The notes under the pieces: generated by a model
Database searches by the model: none
Seen by the model: the letters and a program-made list of their open reading frames with translations, nothing else
Told to the model about the DNA's origin: nothing
Shown: positions 1-11,968 of the stretch, piece after piece
How the letters are laid out: every line of letters starts with the position of its first letter
How positions within the stretch are numbered: position 1 is the first letter of the stretch
DNA from: Pelagomonas calceolata
Lineage: Eukaryota
Length of the DNA stretch: 64,000 bases
Assembly: GCA_918797485.1 (NCBI GenBank)
Contig: CAKKNE010000005.1
Coordinates: 1,054,001-1,118,000, forward strand
Reading direction: 5' to 3'
Program-made: the position numbers and the translations under genes

Positions 1-311
1 CTCCTTGCCATTGTTTTCGCGCTCGTCGCCGGCGTACCAGCAGTGCGTGTTGTAGTTGCGTCGCCGGCGTACCAGCCGTGCGGAGATGCTGGGCGCTCGA
101 GCGTGGCAGCTGTGCAGAGTAAATGCGTAGATTGCCGGTGCACAGGCAATGCGTGCGCGCTGTTTACGGCCCAATTGGCGGAACTGCAATCAATCTAAGT
201 GTGTTTTACCTAGCCCCAAAAGCATAAAGCTGAAGGCGAGCTGGTGTAGACAGCCGCTGTGCATCGCTGTTGCACCGACGCCGTCGCAAAGACTTGTTTA
301 CAGCTTTAAGA

Positions 312-1389
312 ATGGCTGCCGCACGATGCGCGTTGGCCCTGGCACTGCTCGCGGCGCCTACCCAAGCCCTCGCTGCCAGACGCCGCTCCCCCGTGCGCAT
401 GTCGATAGATGTGTGGAAATTAACTTCAGGCGCCCTACGCCATCGAAGCGATGCTGTAGCTCAATGGTTGATTTCCACACAGGTCGATAGCGCCGAGCGA
501 CGTCGTCGTGATGATGAACGGCCTCCCCGGCAAGATGGGCTATTCGTGTGCGGAGGCGTGCGTGGCCAGAGGCATGACGTTAGCCGACGTCGCATTGACC
601 GGTGAGCCCTTCGCGGGCACTCCCACGGATGACCGCATCCCCAAGGTCGACCTGGTAGCCGGCGGCTCCGACGAAGCAGAGAAGCGCGGCGCAGAACTCG
701 CCAAAAAGTGCAAGGAGCAAGGCAAGGTGTTGGTCGCGGTCGACTTCACGGCGCCGCAAGCGGCTTTACCGAACGCCGAATATTACGCGAGGCACGGCAT
801 GCATTTTGTGATGGGGACGACGGGCGGCGACTACGACGCGATTGGAAAGACCGTGACGGACGGCAAGCACGGCGCCGTGGTCGCGCCGAACATGAGCAAG
901 CAGATCGTGGCCATGCAGGCCGTGGTGGACCAGGCCGCTCGTGATTTTCCCAATGCGTTTGCGGGCTACGACCTCACGGTGATCGAGTCCCACCAGAAGG
1001 CCAAAGTGGACACCTCTGGAACTGCAAAAGCAGTGGTCGCGTCGCTGAAGGAATTAAATGGAGGCGGCTTCCAGGTCGAAGACGTCGAAAAGGTCCGCAA
1101 CGACGAGACCTCGTTGAATGGGGCCAACGGTCGGTTAGGTAAGGTGCCTAGTGAACACCTGCCGGGCCACGCCTACCACACCTACGCGTTGACCTCGGGC
1201 GACGGCACCGTGACGTTCGAACTCAGACACAATGTTAATGGAAGATCGACGTACGCCGAGGGCGTCGCGGACGCGTGCTTGTTTCTCGCGGCGAAGGCCG
1301 ACGCGGGCTTCCCGCGGGCGCGGTTTCTGGGGCGCCGAAAACGGCTCTTCGACATGATCGATGTTTTACAGGAGGGGGCCATGTCCTAA
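312..1389 (+). CDS. dapB: 4-hydroxy-tetrahydrodipicolinate reductase, probably plastid-targeted; exons 312-400 and 483-1389
   Basis: Motifs NGLPGKMG, VDFT, FVMGTTG, APNMS, IESHQKAKVDTSGTAK and GHAYHTY (plant/algal type). Removing intron 401-482 joins the signal-peptide exon MAAARCALALALLAAPTQA in frame. Confidence 0.92.
409..482 (+). mobile_element. Introner element in dapB; intron 401-482 (GT-AG)
   Basis: TIRs atgtgtggaaat...atttccacacag; perfect 8-bp duplication GTCGATAG at 401-408 and 483-490. Confidence 0.93.
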
Positions 1390-2097
1390 GTAGCTTATCG
1401 TTATACGCCATCGCCGCGACCCCTCATAACTTTTGACAGAGAAGCACTTTATTAGTCTTTAAAAAACCGGTACCATATACAGAAAGCATGGGATGCCGTA
1501 GGATGCGGCGTTGATTCATTCCGTCGGCGGCGACTCCGCCAAGGACTCGAGCGTCGTCGACGACATGCTTCGTAAAGCCGCGGCCGTCGCCGGCGACTCC
1601 GAGGGGAGCGGCATGGACATCTCGCGCAGGGCCGCCGCTTGGAGTCGGGTCGTGCCCGGCGGGTAGGTCGCGAGCGCCGCGAGCTGCGACGGCGACGGCG
1701 GCTGCGACTCGCGCACGGGCGAGCTCGGCATCGACGCGCAGCGCGGCGTCGGCGGCTCCGACCGGTACTCTCTTTTAATCTAGAGGTTTAGCATGGACTA
1801 GTAGTAACTGATGTTGGCGCACGGAAGATCTGCGTAATTGTCACTGGCACCACGCGCAACTAACGTCGGTCGAGAGCTTGCTTATACGCAAACTGAGGCC
1901 GCTCGCGGTCACATTTCATTCCTAGTGTCTTACTGGACGCTAGGAGCAGTCCGACGTGAAACTGAGTCCACACGCCCATTACATATCCTCTGGAAGTGTC
2001 CACGAACCTGCACGCTGGCACTTGCAGCCAAGAGGTACTAAGTACAAGAGCTCCTTGTCGCAGCCGCCAGAGAGCAGGCCAAATTGAGACAGCAGCA

Positions 2098-4736
2098 ATG
2101 ACTCCGCAGCAGCGGCGCACACTCCTCGGCATAGTAGCAGCGATGGCACTGATCACCACAAGCGTCATCTCATTAAAATGGCTGAGGGCACCAGCCGTCG
2201 AAGCGCGCCGAGACGTCGCGCCGCCCTTTCCCACGGTCGGCCAGCATACAAAGGAACCGACGCCCACGGGCGCCTGGTTCACGAACCTGTTGCTGGACGA
2301 CGGCGCGCCGGCCGCCACGACGCCCTACGCCGTGCGCTTCGAGAAGAAGACGCATGCGCTTGAAATCAGCTACCCATCGAGCCACCGAGCCATCACTTCC
2401 AACAATATCGTCGACGCCTTCGTCGCCGATCTCATCGTCAAGACGGAGAAGCTCGCGGCACCGGAATTAGTCCAGCACGACGAGCTGACCGCGGAATTCA
2501 AATTTGGCGACGCGAGGGCCCATTTTTCGCGGGGGTCGCCGTTTATCACTGTGGTGGTAGATGCCGGAGCTTCGTTAACCCTGGCCTCGGTCCAATCTTT
2601 GAAACTCCAAGGCTCGACCACAAAAACGACGACGACGGCGCCGATCGCGACGACGAATCGACCACAGGACGACGCTAGCTGCAAGGCGCACCCGGTCTGC
2701 TCGAATTTGATCGGAGTCTGCTGCCCGACGGCGGAGGGCGTCTTCCTCGGGTGCTGCGAGGCCGGTAGGAGACGCCTTGCTTCCTCGTCGAAGCGCCACA
2801 AAGTTACGCTGGGCGACGGGTCGCAATGGTTACTGCATGCCTCTCTACCGATAGCGCTGGAGGAGGGCAAAGCTCTGACAGCTACCATCAAGGAAAAGAC
2901 GATTCTGAGACTAGCCTACGTGCCCGACGAGCAGACGGAAGCCTTGTTGGACGACCACGCGACAAGCTACGCTGTCAGTGGACGCGTCGCGTGGCACGCG
3001 TCCTACGCGGAACCCGACGTCGTCGAAATGTCGTATGTCTGGGGGGTATCTGGAGGCCTGCCTTCGTCACTATTAACGCTGGCGCTGCCGCACCACGCTG
3101 TGTGGAAATCAAATTTCGGGCCGCCGCGCGCCATCGACGCGATGTTGTCTCCGTAACTGCGTCTGCTCGACGGCGTGGAGGCTCCACGCCATCGAAGCGA
3201 CGATAACTCACTGCTTGATTTCCACACAGGCACCACGGCGACACGATACTGGAGAGTAGCATGGAGACCGGGTATAAATCGCTGAAGGGCCCTCTGAGGG
3301 GTGTCGTCGGCGAGAAGTGGCGCTTCCGCGAACCGCTGGGTGAACTGAAGTGGGACCTCGGGCCCAGTACTGCCAGAGACGAGATGAAGACATTGCTACA
3401 AAAGTTCGAGCCGGATCAGGACGAACGGTCCTTAGCATCAAGTGCAGGCGTCTACTCGGCGGGCAAGCGGTTATACCGGTTAGCGTCGATCGCACTGGCG
3501 GCGAAGCAGGTCAACGACAAGGAACTAACGCGAAAGCACGGCCTCAAACTCAAGAAAGCCCTGCGGCCCTGGCTCGCTGCCGATGCCAACAGTTTACTGG
3601 TCTACGACGCCTCCCACGGCGGCGTCGTGACGCGCGCCGGCTACAAAGACGCACACGCGGACTTCGGCAACGGCCGGTACAACGACCACCACTTCCATTA
3701 TGGGTATCTGGTCCACGCTTCGGCCGTGGCCAAGCACCTCGGCTTCGACGAGGACGGCCAGCACCACAGCGAAGCTGAGTCTGCGGTTTCGGCGATCGTG
3801 ATGGACTACTGCAACCCCTTCGGGCGGCGGAAACTGCTCGAGGGCGACGTGTCCGTCGCGCCGCGAAGTTCGTACTTTACGGTCTCGCGCCACAAGGACT
3901 GGTACGACGGCCACTCCTGGGCGTCGGGCTTGTTTTCCTTGCAGAACGGCAAGTCCCAGGAAAGTATCTCGGAGGCGGCGCATTCCTATTATGGGGCTGC
4001 GTTGTGGGGCTCCGTTACCGGAGATCCCGAGCTCCGAGATTTCGCTCGGTTAGCGTTGGCGCTCGAGGTTAGAGCGGGAAGGCACTACTGGCGCGTTGCT
4101 GATCAACAGGGAGTGTATAAAGGATTGAGGCCCTTTTCTTCTGATCACGCTATTGTTGGTGTGGTTGGGGCGTTGGATGTCTCTGCGAGGACCTGGTTCG
4201 GCGAAGCCGCGGCGTATGCCGTGCTGATCAATTGTTTACCATTTAGTCCGGCGACGGCTAGAGTTGGTGGTTTTTTGCGCGGGGACTTGAGCGCGCCCGC
4301 GGCTTTTGCGTCTCGGATCTACAAGGCTGCCTCGGAGGGGCTGCCTCCCGTTTCGGGAGTGAGGGTGCCGGACGCACCTAAAACTTCGGGAAGCACACCA
4401 GGCGATCAGTATGACGCGGCGCAGGGGCCCTGGCGGTCGCTGCTGCTTCTGTTAAGGGCCGTCGGCGATGCTGACGGAGCGGTCGCGGACATCGAAGCGC
4501 TCGCAAATGCAGATGCGGAGCCGGCTTTGGATTCGACGCTGTCGCTGGCCACGATGCTCTGGTGGGCTTCCACCAGGCCGCCGTCGCCCGCGGTCGTCTT
4601 GTCTGAGCCGAACGTGACTAGTGTGAAGGTCGACGCGTCGTGCGCCGCGCACCCCAAATGCGTCGCGCTGGGGTTAGATGAAGGGGTCTGCTGCCCGACG
4701 AGCGAGGGGGACGAGCTTTGGTGCTGCGAGGATTAA
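2098..4736 (+). CDS. GH81 endo-1,3-beta-glucanase with N-terminal anchor and two Cys-rich modules; exons 2098-3089 and 3230-4736
   Basis: Motifs PTPTGAWFTNL, DFGNGRYNDHHFHYGY, RHKDWYDGHSWASG and QESISEA. Splicing 3090-3229 joins the two ORFs in frame (LALP|HHGDTIL). Confidence 0.9.
3098..3229 (+). mobile_element. Introner element in the GH81 gene; intron 3090-3229 (GC-AG)
   Basis: TIRs ctgtgtggaaatc...gatttccacacag; perfect duplication GCACCACG at 3090-3097 and 3230-3237. Confidence 0.93.
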
Positions 4737-4753
4737 TCTTATTGTGTTGTTTT

Positions 4754-6358
4754 TTACTGCTCCCGCAGCGCAACAAGAAGGCACCCTAGTCTAGGGTCAT
4801 AAACGTAGTACGGGAGGTAATCCGGGCAGTCGCGGAAAATGCCGGGGTTGAGCCAGCGCTCGGCGTCGATGACGGTGCGCCGCAGACGATGGAGAGGGAG
4901 GTCGTCGACGTCCTTCTCCCTATAAATCACATCGCCGCACCACTTTTCGAGAATAGAGTAGTTTTCGTCATCGTGGCTCCATCGGAGGTCGCGCCTCGGC
5001 TCTACCGGGTCCATCTCGGCTAGGCTCGCCCCCTGGCCGAAACAATCACGGGGCTCCGGTTGCGAGCTCATGACGTTAAACATGCCGTCGCAGACCAACA
5101 ACCACTCAACGTCCAGCACGCCGCGGTCTCCGTCGAGCGAGAACTCGGCGGATGCCCAATCGACCATCAGCGTACACGTGCCAAAGTCGATAGGACAACT
5201 CGCATTCGGGCTTTCGAAGCGACCCAAGGAGAGGTTGCCATCGTCGCCAGCATCCCATGCGACGAGGCCCCTCACGCGACCGAGCTGCCGCCACGACTCC
5301 GGAAGCACGTTGAGCCCGCGCGCGAGGTCGGCGACCGCGAAGTAGCCGCGACCCGACGAGGACCGCCGAGGCGCGGCGAACGTGTGCTCAATCGGCAGCA
5401 GCGCAAGTTCGCCCGTGAAAAAAGCTTCGTCTGACTCAAAGGAACCACCAGCCTCGCGGATGTGCCGCACACGCCCGCCGACGCAGATGCTGGTCTGACG
5501 CGCGAACTTCGACCGGATGGTGAGCGTCTCGCACCCCACGATCGCGGGAAACGCGGCTTCGAACTGGAGGAGCGTCCGGAATTCGACCGTTTCGAAGCCT
5601 TCGTCGGCGAAAATATAGAGGTCGTAGGCCTCAGGCGAGTCGGCCAGCGAGGTCATCTCCCTCGCGACCTTGGTCATCCCCGGCGGACCCGCGAGCGCTT
5701 CAGCGACGGCCGCGGCGAGGGCCCCACGCCGCATCGGCGGATCGGGACCCGTAGAGACAGTCCCAATCGTGCCGCCGTAATCTTCGACGAATTTCGCGTC
5801 GCGCGCCGCCTCGGCGCGTCGTTCCTCGTCGGTGGGCACAGCGAACGCAAATGCGTAAATGAGGCGGCGGATTCCCCGCTCTCTTACGCGGGCGCGATAT
5901 AAGAGCACGCCGATGGTCGCCGTGGCCGCGCGGACGCAGGGCATCTCGAGCCGCGGGAGCGTCTGGCGCAGGCGCAGGCAGCGCGCGGCGTGGCCATCGC
6001 CGAGGAGCGATCTCGCATTGTCCTCGTACGGGGCCGGCTTCGGCTCCGTCGTGGCCCACAGTGGCGGCGAACGCGTGGGCGGCGGCGGCGGCGGCTGGTA
6101 TTCGCGAATGCGCTGTTTGATCTTGCGCTCGTCGAGAAAATTTCCAGTGAAACTAACGCGTCCCGCGGCGTCCACGGGCCCGACGCGGTGACTAGAGAAG
6201 GCAGCGACGATGAACGCGTCCTCGGCGGCGTCGCCGCGCGACTTGAGCTCGTCGATCGAGCGGATGTTTTGTTGCACGCACCACGCTTGCGCCGCCGCGA
6301 TCCTGTTCTCGTGGTCGCTCAGGACCTCGGCGAGGCCTGTGACCTCGATTTGGGCCAT
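4754..6358 (-). CDS. Hypothetical protein (534 aa)
   Basis: Long ATG-initiated ORF with coding-like composition; no family recognised. Confidence 0.7.
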   Translation of the reverse strand: MAQIEVTGLAEVLSDHENRIAAAQAWCVQQNIRSIDELKSRGDAAEDAFIVAAFSSHRVGPVDAAGRVSFTGNFLDERKIKQRIREYQPPPPPPTRSPPLWATTEPKPAPYEDNARSLLGDGHAARCLRLRQTLPRLEMPCVRAATATIGVLLYRARVRERGIRRLIYAFAFAVPTDEERRAEAARDAKFVEDYGGTIGTVSTGPDPPMRRGALAAAVAEALAGPPGMTKVAREMTSLADSPEAYDLYIFADEGFETVEFRTLLQFEAAFPAIVGCETLTIRSKFARQTSICVGGRVRHIREAGGSFESDEAFFTGELALLPIEHTFAAPRRSSSGRGYFAVADLARGLNVLPESWRQLGRVRGLVAWDAGDDGNLSLGRFESPNASCPIDFGTCTLMVDWASAEFSLDGDRGVLDVEWLLVCDGMFNVMSSQPEPRDCFGQGASLAEMDPVEPRRDLRWSHDDENYSILEKWCGDVIYREKDVDDLPLHRLRRTVIDAERWLNPGIFRDCPDYLPYYVYDPRLGCLLVALREQ

Positions 6359-6579
6359 TGAGCTTCCTGTGGCGAGGTGTCTTGCAGGAATAACTATAGC
6401 CAGTCGTCGGTGCGGTGTTTTGAAAACTCAGATCGATCTATTAACGCCGCGTGGCCCCGTCCCGCTTGGCCTAGCCAAAAGCTTGCTAGTGCCTTACAGG
6501 ACGCTAGCTCGATGCGCTGTCGACTCAGCTTTTGTTGCACCGCCTGCTGCTGAACACGCACAGCGATAGTTGCACAGCA

Positions 6580-7569
6580 ATGGCCTACGCAAGAAGAGCA
6601 GCGCTCCTGCTCATCACCACCAATGCCCTGCGCCCTGCACCTCGGAGACGGAGAGCACCGCGAGCAGCACCACACATGGTGCTAGACGTCGCCGCCGCGT
6701 CGCACGTGATCGCCAGCGCGACGCCAGTCGCCCTGGACTACGGCGCACTAGCCACGAAAGCCATCGGCGGCGGCGCGAGCGGCGCGCTCGCGGGCGTCGT
6801 TCAGGTGAGCTCGCTGATGTGGCTGCGGACGGCCATGAACTACCAGTACGCCAACGGCGGCAACGGCACGCTCGCCACCGTAGCCAAGTTGTACGAGGAG
6901 GGCGGCCTGCCGCGACTCTACCGAGGCGTCCAGTACGCTCTGGTCCAAAACCCGCTCTCACGCTTCGGCGACGCCGCGGCGAACGCCGCCGTGCCCACTC
7001 TCATAGTCTCCTTGGTGCCGGGAATACCCTTGCCTGCTTCCCAGGCCGTGGCGTCCGCGACGGCGGCCGGCTGGCGCATCCTCATCGCGCCGGTCGACGC
7101 GCTGAAGACGGCGCTGCAGGTCGACGGCTCGGCAACCGCGTTGACGGACCGCATTAGCACGGTGGGCCCCGGGGTGCTATGGCGCGGGTCGCTGGCGGCG
7201 GCCGCAGCTACGTTCGTCGGCAACTACCCCTGGTTCCTGACCTACAATTCTTTGGATCAATCACTCCCACCAGAGTTGTACGACGGGCCGGCGGCGGCGT
7301 TAGTGAGGCGCGCGCTGCTCGGAGTCTGCGCGTCGTGCGTCTCGGACGTCTGCAGCAACGCTATTAGAGTTGTGAAGACAAAAGTCCAGACGTCGCCCGA
7401 CGAAGACACGAACCCCCTGCAAGCGGCGCGGGCCATTCTCGAGGAGGACGGCGTCGAAGGGTTATTTTTCAGAGGTTTAGAAACGAGGCTGACGATCAAC
7501 TGCCTCCAGGGCGCGGTCTTCTCGGTCGCGTGGAAGTACTTCGAGAAGGCGCTCGCGGGCCGAGTGTAG
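6580..7569 (+). CDS. Mitochondrial carrier family (SLC25) protein with N-terminal targeting extension
   Basis: PVDALKTALQ and IRVVKTKVQT carrier motifs, plus GGLPRLYRG and DGVEGLFFRGL; three-repeat organisation. Confidence 0.88.
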   Translation: MAYARRAALLLITTNALRPAPRRRRAPRAAPHMVLDVAAASHVIASATPVALDYGALATKAIGGGASGALAGVVQVSSLMWLRTAMNYQYANGGNGTLATVAKLYEEGGLPRLYRGVQYALVQNPLSRFGDAAANAAVPTLIVSLVPGIPLPASQAVASATAAGWRILIAPVDALKTALQVDGSATALTDRISTVGPGVLWRGSLAAAAATFVGNYPWFLTYNSLDQSLPPELYDGPAAALVRRALLGVCASCVSDVCSNAIRVVKTKVQTSPDEDTNPLQAARAILEEDGVEGLFFRGLETRLTINCLQGAVFSVAWKYFEKALAGRV

Positions 7570-7666
7570 GGCGCTTCGACGGCGTCTCCGCCCGCACGCG
7601 TCAGGCGGTGCACGAAGACGACGCTCATCACCTCAAAAGTGTTACACACGGTGCAGTGCGACTTAT

Positions 7667-8276
7667 GTGACGACTGTTCTATTATACGGGCGACGAAGGA
7701 GTGTTTTCACCGAGCGCAGTCGGCGGCTCGGTGTCGCCGTTGGCGGGCGCCAGGACTCGCTTCGCGTCGAGGTGGACAACTTCGACCGCTCGCTTTGCGA
7801 CAAAGACACGCCGATCAAGGAGCAGCAGTTCGTCACGCAGCTGGTCGACGGGAAGTTACTCACGGAACGCATCGTGCAGGGCACCTCGAAACGATTGGTC
7901 GGGACGACTTTGAGGGAGCTGGAGCGGGAGGGCGCCTCCTCATCAACGGTCGCCGAGGAGCGGGCCGCCGACGGCGCTCGAGCGGCCGGCCTTCGCCGCG
8001 GGCCGGCCGCGGGCCGTGGTGCTCGCGAACCGGTCGGCGTGCTTCCTGAAGCTGGGCGACCACGGCCGCGCGCTGGAGGACGCGGCGGCGGCGGCCGGCT
8101 TCGACGATACGTACGCGAAGGCCCACTTCCGGCGCGGCCTGGCGCTGCACGCGCTGGGGAGGTATCGCGAGGCGCTGCCCGAGCTCGGGAAGGCCCGCGA
8201 CCTCGAGCCGAAGAACGCGCAGGTCGCGGACGCGATACGGTTCGCGGAGATGCGCCTGAGCCGGGGGCGTAACTAA
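7667..8276 (+). pseudogene. Truncated, frameshifted TPR-protein gene remnant
   Basis: TPR sequence (LANRSACFLKLG...YAKAHFRRGLALHALGRYREA...LEPKN) in 8016-8276 lacks an ATG; the upstream coding-like segment is in another frame. Confidence 0.5.
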
Positions 8277-8335
8277 CTACTACTGTGTGGTGACTTGTAC
8301 CTACGTCTAGGGGGTCTTCGTGCAGAGCACGCGGA

Positions 8336-11300
8336 TCACGCGGCGAGCGCGAGCACGAGGAGCGCGGCGCTGACGCCTGAGAGGCGGGTGGCGGCGTCGA
8401 CGGTGTCACTGCCGACGGTGCCACTGCCGCGGGTCGCGGTCGGCGCTGGCGTAGGTGCGCAGGTGCCTGCAGCATTTTGAACGACACCGCACGACGTCGA
8501 CTCGCATCGGGTGCCGTGGAAGGTTCCATACAGCATCAAGTAAGTGTTGGCCACGCACCAGCCGAGGTCCTGGTCGAAGGCCGATGCGTCGGCGAACATC
8601 GCGTACATCGACGTGACGCCCGAGGTGTCCCACGCGCCGAGGTCCTGGTTGAACGACGAGGCCCCCATGAACATCCCACCCATCTCCGTGACGCTGTGGA
8701 CCGCCCAACCACTGATGTCCTGGTCGAAGGCCGAGGCTTCGTAGAACATGGAAGACATGGATGTGACGCCCGAGGTGTCCCACGCGCCGATGTCCTGGTT
8801 AAAGGCCGAGGCTCCCCAGAACATATAGCGCATCGTCTTGACGCCAGAGGTGTTCCATGCGCCGATGTCCCCGTTGAAGGACGCCGCGGCCCTGTTGTAA
8901 TAGTATTCGCACTCGTGAGTAGCTGCTGTTGTTGTAAAGAGGCAACTCATGTCCGTCACCCCCTGGGTCTCCCACGTGGAAATGTGGCCGTACGTCGCTT
9001 CGGCTGCCGTCGCGTCCGAAATCCACGCATTAACTGCCCATCTGATTTTCCAGTTGACCATGACGTTTCCCGTGCGCGATACGTCGCAGTCGCCAGTATT
9101 TGTCTCCCACATCACGCCACAAAGAGTCAACGCGCACGGGGTGTGTAAGAACGCGTTCTCCAGGTCCACGTCGTCGTCCGCGCACCAGCCGAGGTCCTGG
9201 TCAAAGGCCGAGGCGTCTTTGAACATCCCTTCCATATCATCTACCTTGTCGACCTGCCAGCCGCTGAGGTCTTGGTTAAAGGCCGAGGCGCCGCTGAACA
9301 TCTCGTACATGGTCGTCACGCCTGAGGTGTCCCACGCGGTGATGTCCTCGTTGAAGGACGATGTCCAAATAAAACGAGAGAGGTCCGTCACCCCCGATGT
9401 GTCCCACGTCGAGATGTGGCCGTACGTCGCCTCCGCGGCCGTCGCGCTAGTGAGCCACGCGTCGCGAGCAGTTCTAATGTTGCTGTCGGTCATCACGTAT
9501 GGCGACATCTGCGGCGCGGGCGACGGCGCCGTGGTCGGTTGTGGCGACATCGTCGGCGCGGGCGACGGCGCCGTGGTCGGTTGTGGCGACATTGTCGGCG
9601 CGGGCGTTGGCGCGCATCCGCCCGCCACTTGCTTGATGCCGCACGACGTCGAGTAGCACGGGGTGTTGGAGTACGCTTGGTACATTTCCACGTCGTCGGC
9701 CACGCACCAGCCGAGGTCCTGGTCGAAGGCGTAGGCGTCGTAGAACATCCGTGCCATACTCATGACCTTGTCGATCCGCCAGTCGTTTAGCGGCTGGTCG
9801 AAGGCCGAGGCGCTGAGGAACATGTAGTACATCGTCGTGACGCCAGAGGTGTCCCACGCGCCGATGTCCTGGTCGAAGGCCGAGGCGTCGCGGAACATCC
9901 CGCTCATCGTTGTGACGCCGGAGGTGTCCCACGCGCTGATGTCCTGGTTGAAGGCCGAGGCGTAGTTGAACATCGCATCCATCGACAGGACGCCGGAGGT
10001 GTCCCACGCGCCGATGTCCTGGTCGAAGGCCGAGGCCCAGCCGAACATAAACGACATCGTCGTGACGCCGGAGGTATCCCACGCGGTGATGTCCTCGTTG
10101 AAGGACGACGCGTCCGTGTTGCAGAGAGGCCGATAGGTCGCATGATAAGCTGAACAAAACAACTGCGACATGTCCGTCACCCCCGATGTGTCCCACGTCG
10201 AGATGTGGCCGTACGTCGACTCGGCAGCACTCGGGTCCGAGAACCACGCCGTAACGGCCGTTCTAATGTTGCTGTCGGTCATCACGTAGCCCGACAGCAC
10301 GCGCCGCTGCCCAAGACTTTGGACTGACGAGCTCGGAGACTCGTTGGTCTTGATCTTGGAACTCTTCGTAATTGTGTAGTCGCTGCTGCGGACCGAAGTC
10401 GCCGCCGCCTCCACGAGGGCGATCTCTGGCGAAATAAGCAGGTAGGCGACGACGTACGAGCGCCAGGCAGCGCCCTTCGCCGAGCTACTGCACCGCGGAA
10501 TAACCCTTCCGAACACAAAGAGTCCCAAAACAATTCCGATCGAAATCGCAAGAAACTGGAAGAGCCACCGGGAAGCCCGCCCGCGGTAGCCCTCGGCAGC
10601 TTCTTCTTCGTCGACGCCGCCCTCGGTCGTGTTCGAAGGCGCCTGTTCGGCGGACGCGACGTCCAAGACGTCGTTCCCGGCCGGCTTGTTCGCGCTGCCG
10701 GCGAGCGGGCAGCCTCCTATAGTCTCGCCGGAGCAGCCCTCCGCTGTTTGCTCGAAGCTCGAAACGCAGCTGTAAGTGGGCTTGCCCGTGCATGCCGATT
10801 CGGCCGTCACACGCCCATCAGTAGCAATAGCAGCGTGCTTGATCGTGCCCTGGACCATCGTCTTGGATTGCACGCAGCTGACCTGCTCGATGGCGTGGAG
10901 CGCGCGCATTCCGCCCGCCTGGTACTTGTTCGAGTCGAGCTCGGCCTTCGCCCCGCCTTTCATAGTCGCGGAGTCGAACGCGTCGGCGTAGAGGCCGTCC
11001 GCGCCGGAGTTTTTGTAGAGCTGGCGCAGCGCCGTCGCGGCGGGACTCGTCGCCAGGGCCTTGGGGGCGGCGCGGTCGAGGCCGTTCTCGCCGTGCGGCG
11101 CACACGTGCTGCCGCTTTTGTCGGACGTGCTGCCGTCCGCGCCGGAGTTTTTGTAGAGCTGGCGCAGCGCCGTCGCGGCGGGGCTCGTCGCCAGGGCCTT
11201 GGGGGCGGCGCGGTCGAGGCCGTTCTCGCCGTGCGGCGCACACGTGCTGCCGCTTTTGTCGGACGTGCTGCCGTCTTGGTACATGGCCATGACCTCGGAG

Positions 11301-11464
11301 AAACCAGCGACACCGAGCCGGGAGCCGCTCAGGGAGCTGCCCTCGGGGCAGCCCTTCCAAGGTTTCAGGCAGCTGCTCAGAACGGGGCCGCCCGCGGGGG
11401 CCCGCAGCGGCAGCAGCGCGCTGGTCACGGACAGCATCAGGGCGGCGCTCACAAGGGCACGCAT
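8336..11464 (-). CDS. Secreted/surface DUF285 (BspA/Mycoplasma-type repeat) protein, possibly GPI-anchored
   Basis: Signal peptide [16 protein letters not shown]; many [15 protein letters not shown](N/D)QDI repeats in three blocks; Pro/Thr linker; hydrophobic C-terminus. Confidence 0.88.
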   Translation of the reverse strand: MRALVSAALMLSVTSALLPLRAPAGGPVLSSCLKPWKGCPEGSSLSGSRLGVAGFSEVMAMYQDGSTSDKSGSTCAPHGENGLDRAAPKALATSPAATALRQLYKNSGADGSTSDKSGSTCAPHGENGLDRAAPKALATSPAATALRQLYKNSGADGLYADAFDSATMKGGAKAELDSNKYQAGGMRALHAIEQVSCVQSKTMVQGTIKHAAIATDGRVTAESACTGKPTYSCVSSFEQTAEGCSGETIGGCPLAGSANKPAGNDVLDVASAEQAPSNTTEGGVDEEEAAEGYRGRASRWLFQFLAISIGIVLGLFVFGRVIPRCSSSAKGAAWRSYVVAYLLISPEIALVEAAATSVRSSDYTITKSSKIKTNESPSSSVQSLGQRRVLSGYVMTDSNIRTAVTAWFSDPSAAESTYGHISTWDTSGVTDMSQLFCSAYHATYRPLCNTDASSFNEDITAWDTSGVTTMSFMFGWASAFDQDIGAWDTSGVLSMDAMFNYASAFNQDISAWDTSGVTTMSGMFRDASAFDQDIGAWDTSGVTTMYYMFLSASAFDQPLNDWRIDKVMSMARMFYDAYAFDQDLGWCVADDVEMYQAYSNTPCYSTSCGIKQVAGGCAPTPAPTMSPQPTTAPSPAPTMSPQPTTAPSPAPQMSPYVMTDSNIRTARDAWLTSATAAEATYGHISTWDTSGVTDLSRFIWTSSFNEDITAWDTSGVTTMYEMFSGASAFNQDLSGWQVDKVDDMEGMFKDASAFDQDLGWCADDDVDLENAFLHTPCALTLCGVMWETNTGDCDVSRTGNVMVNWKIRWAVNAWISDATAAEATYGHISTWETQGVTDMSCLFTTTAATHECEYYYNRAAASFNGDIGAWNTSGVKTMRYMFWGASAFNQDIGAWDTSGVTSMSSMFYEASAFDQDISGWAVHSVTEMGGMFMGASSFNQDLGAWDTSGVTSMYAMFADASAFDQDLGWCVANTYLMLYGTFHGTRCESTSCGVVQNAAGTCAPTPAPTATRGSGTVGSDTVDAATRLSGVSAALLVLALAA
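10994..11275. repeat. 138-bp near-perfect tandem duplication (46 aa)
   Basis: [46 protein letters not shown] occurs twice; one synonymous mismatch (11045/11183). Confidence 0.95.
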
Positions 11465-11968
11465 CTTCAAAAGAACTCGTCGCCTCTGTTAGCGCGCTGC
11501 GCGCATCTTTGTTATCATCATTTGACATCACTAATATCCAAAAATCCGCGGTGGCGCAGCAGTCGTGCGAAGTCCACAGTAGCTTTCCTCTAGATAGTAT
11601 ATATGTATTTTGGAAAAAAACGCACGCGCGTCGCGAACCGGGCGTCCGTCGCGCGTCAAGTGCGGCTCGGAGGAAAATAAGCCCCACTCTTCCCCGCGCG
11701 GCGGCGGAAGGCACGCGGTACGGAGAAACATAGGTTAGTAGGCTGGCCCGCGCTCGCGGTACGGCCGGTGCGCCGGCAGCAGGGGCAGCCCTCCCCCCCC
11801 AGGCGTCGTGGACGACGACGCCCTGGCGGTTCCCGGAGTCGTCCCGCGTGGGCACGAGGGGGGCCGGCGCGCCCTCGCTCACTTCGGTCCGCAGCCGCCA
11901 CGCCGTCGCCTGCTGGCCGTCGCGGCGATGGCGTCGTGGTTTTGTTGTGTAAGGTACTAGTACTTATA

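Noticed and set aside
1516..1731. 71-aa Ser/Pro-rich minus-strand ORF
   Set aside because: Short and low-complexity with no recognisable family; at most a gene remnant.
8336..10280. Regular ~75-bp periodic repeats resembling a CRISPR array
   Set aside because: They are in-frame DUF285 protein repeats without unique spacers, and there are no cas genes.
11600..11950. GC-rich hairpin-like intergenic sequence
   Set aside because: No second copy, terminal repeat or RNA family motif identified.
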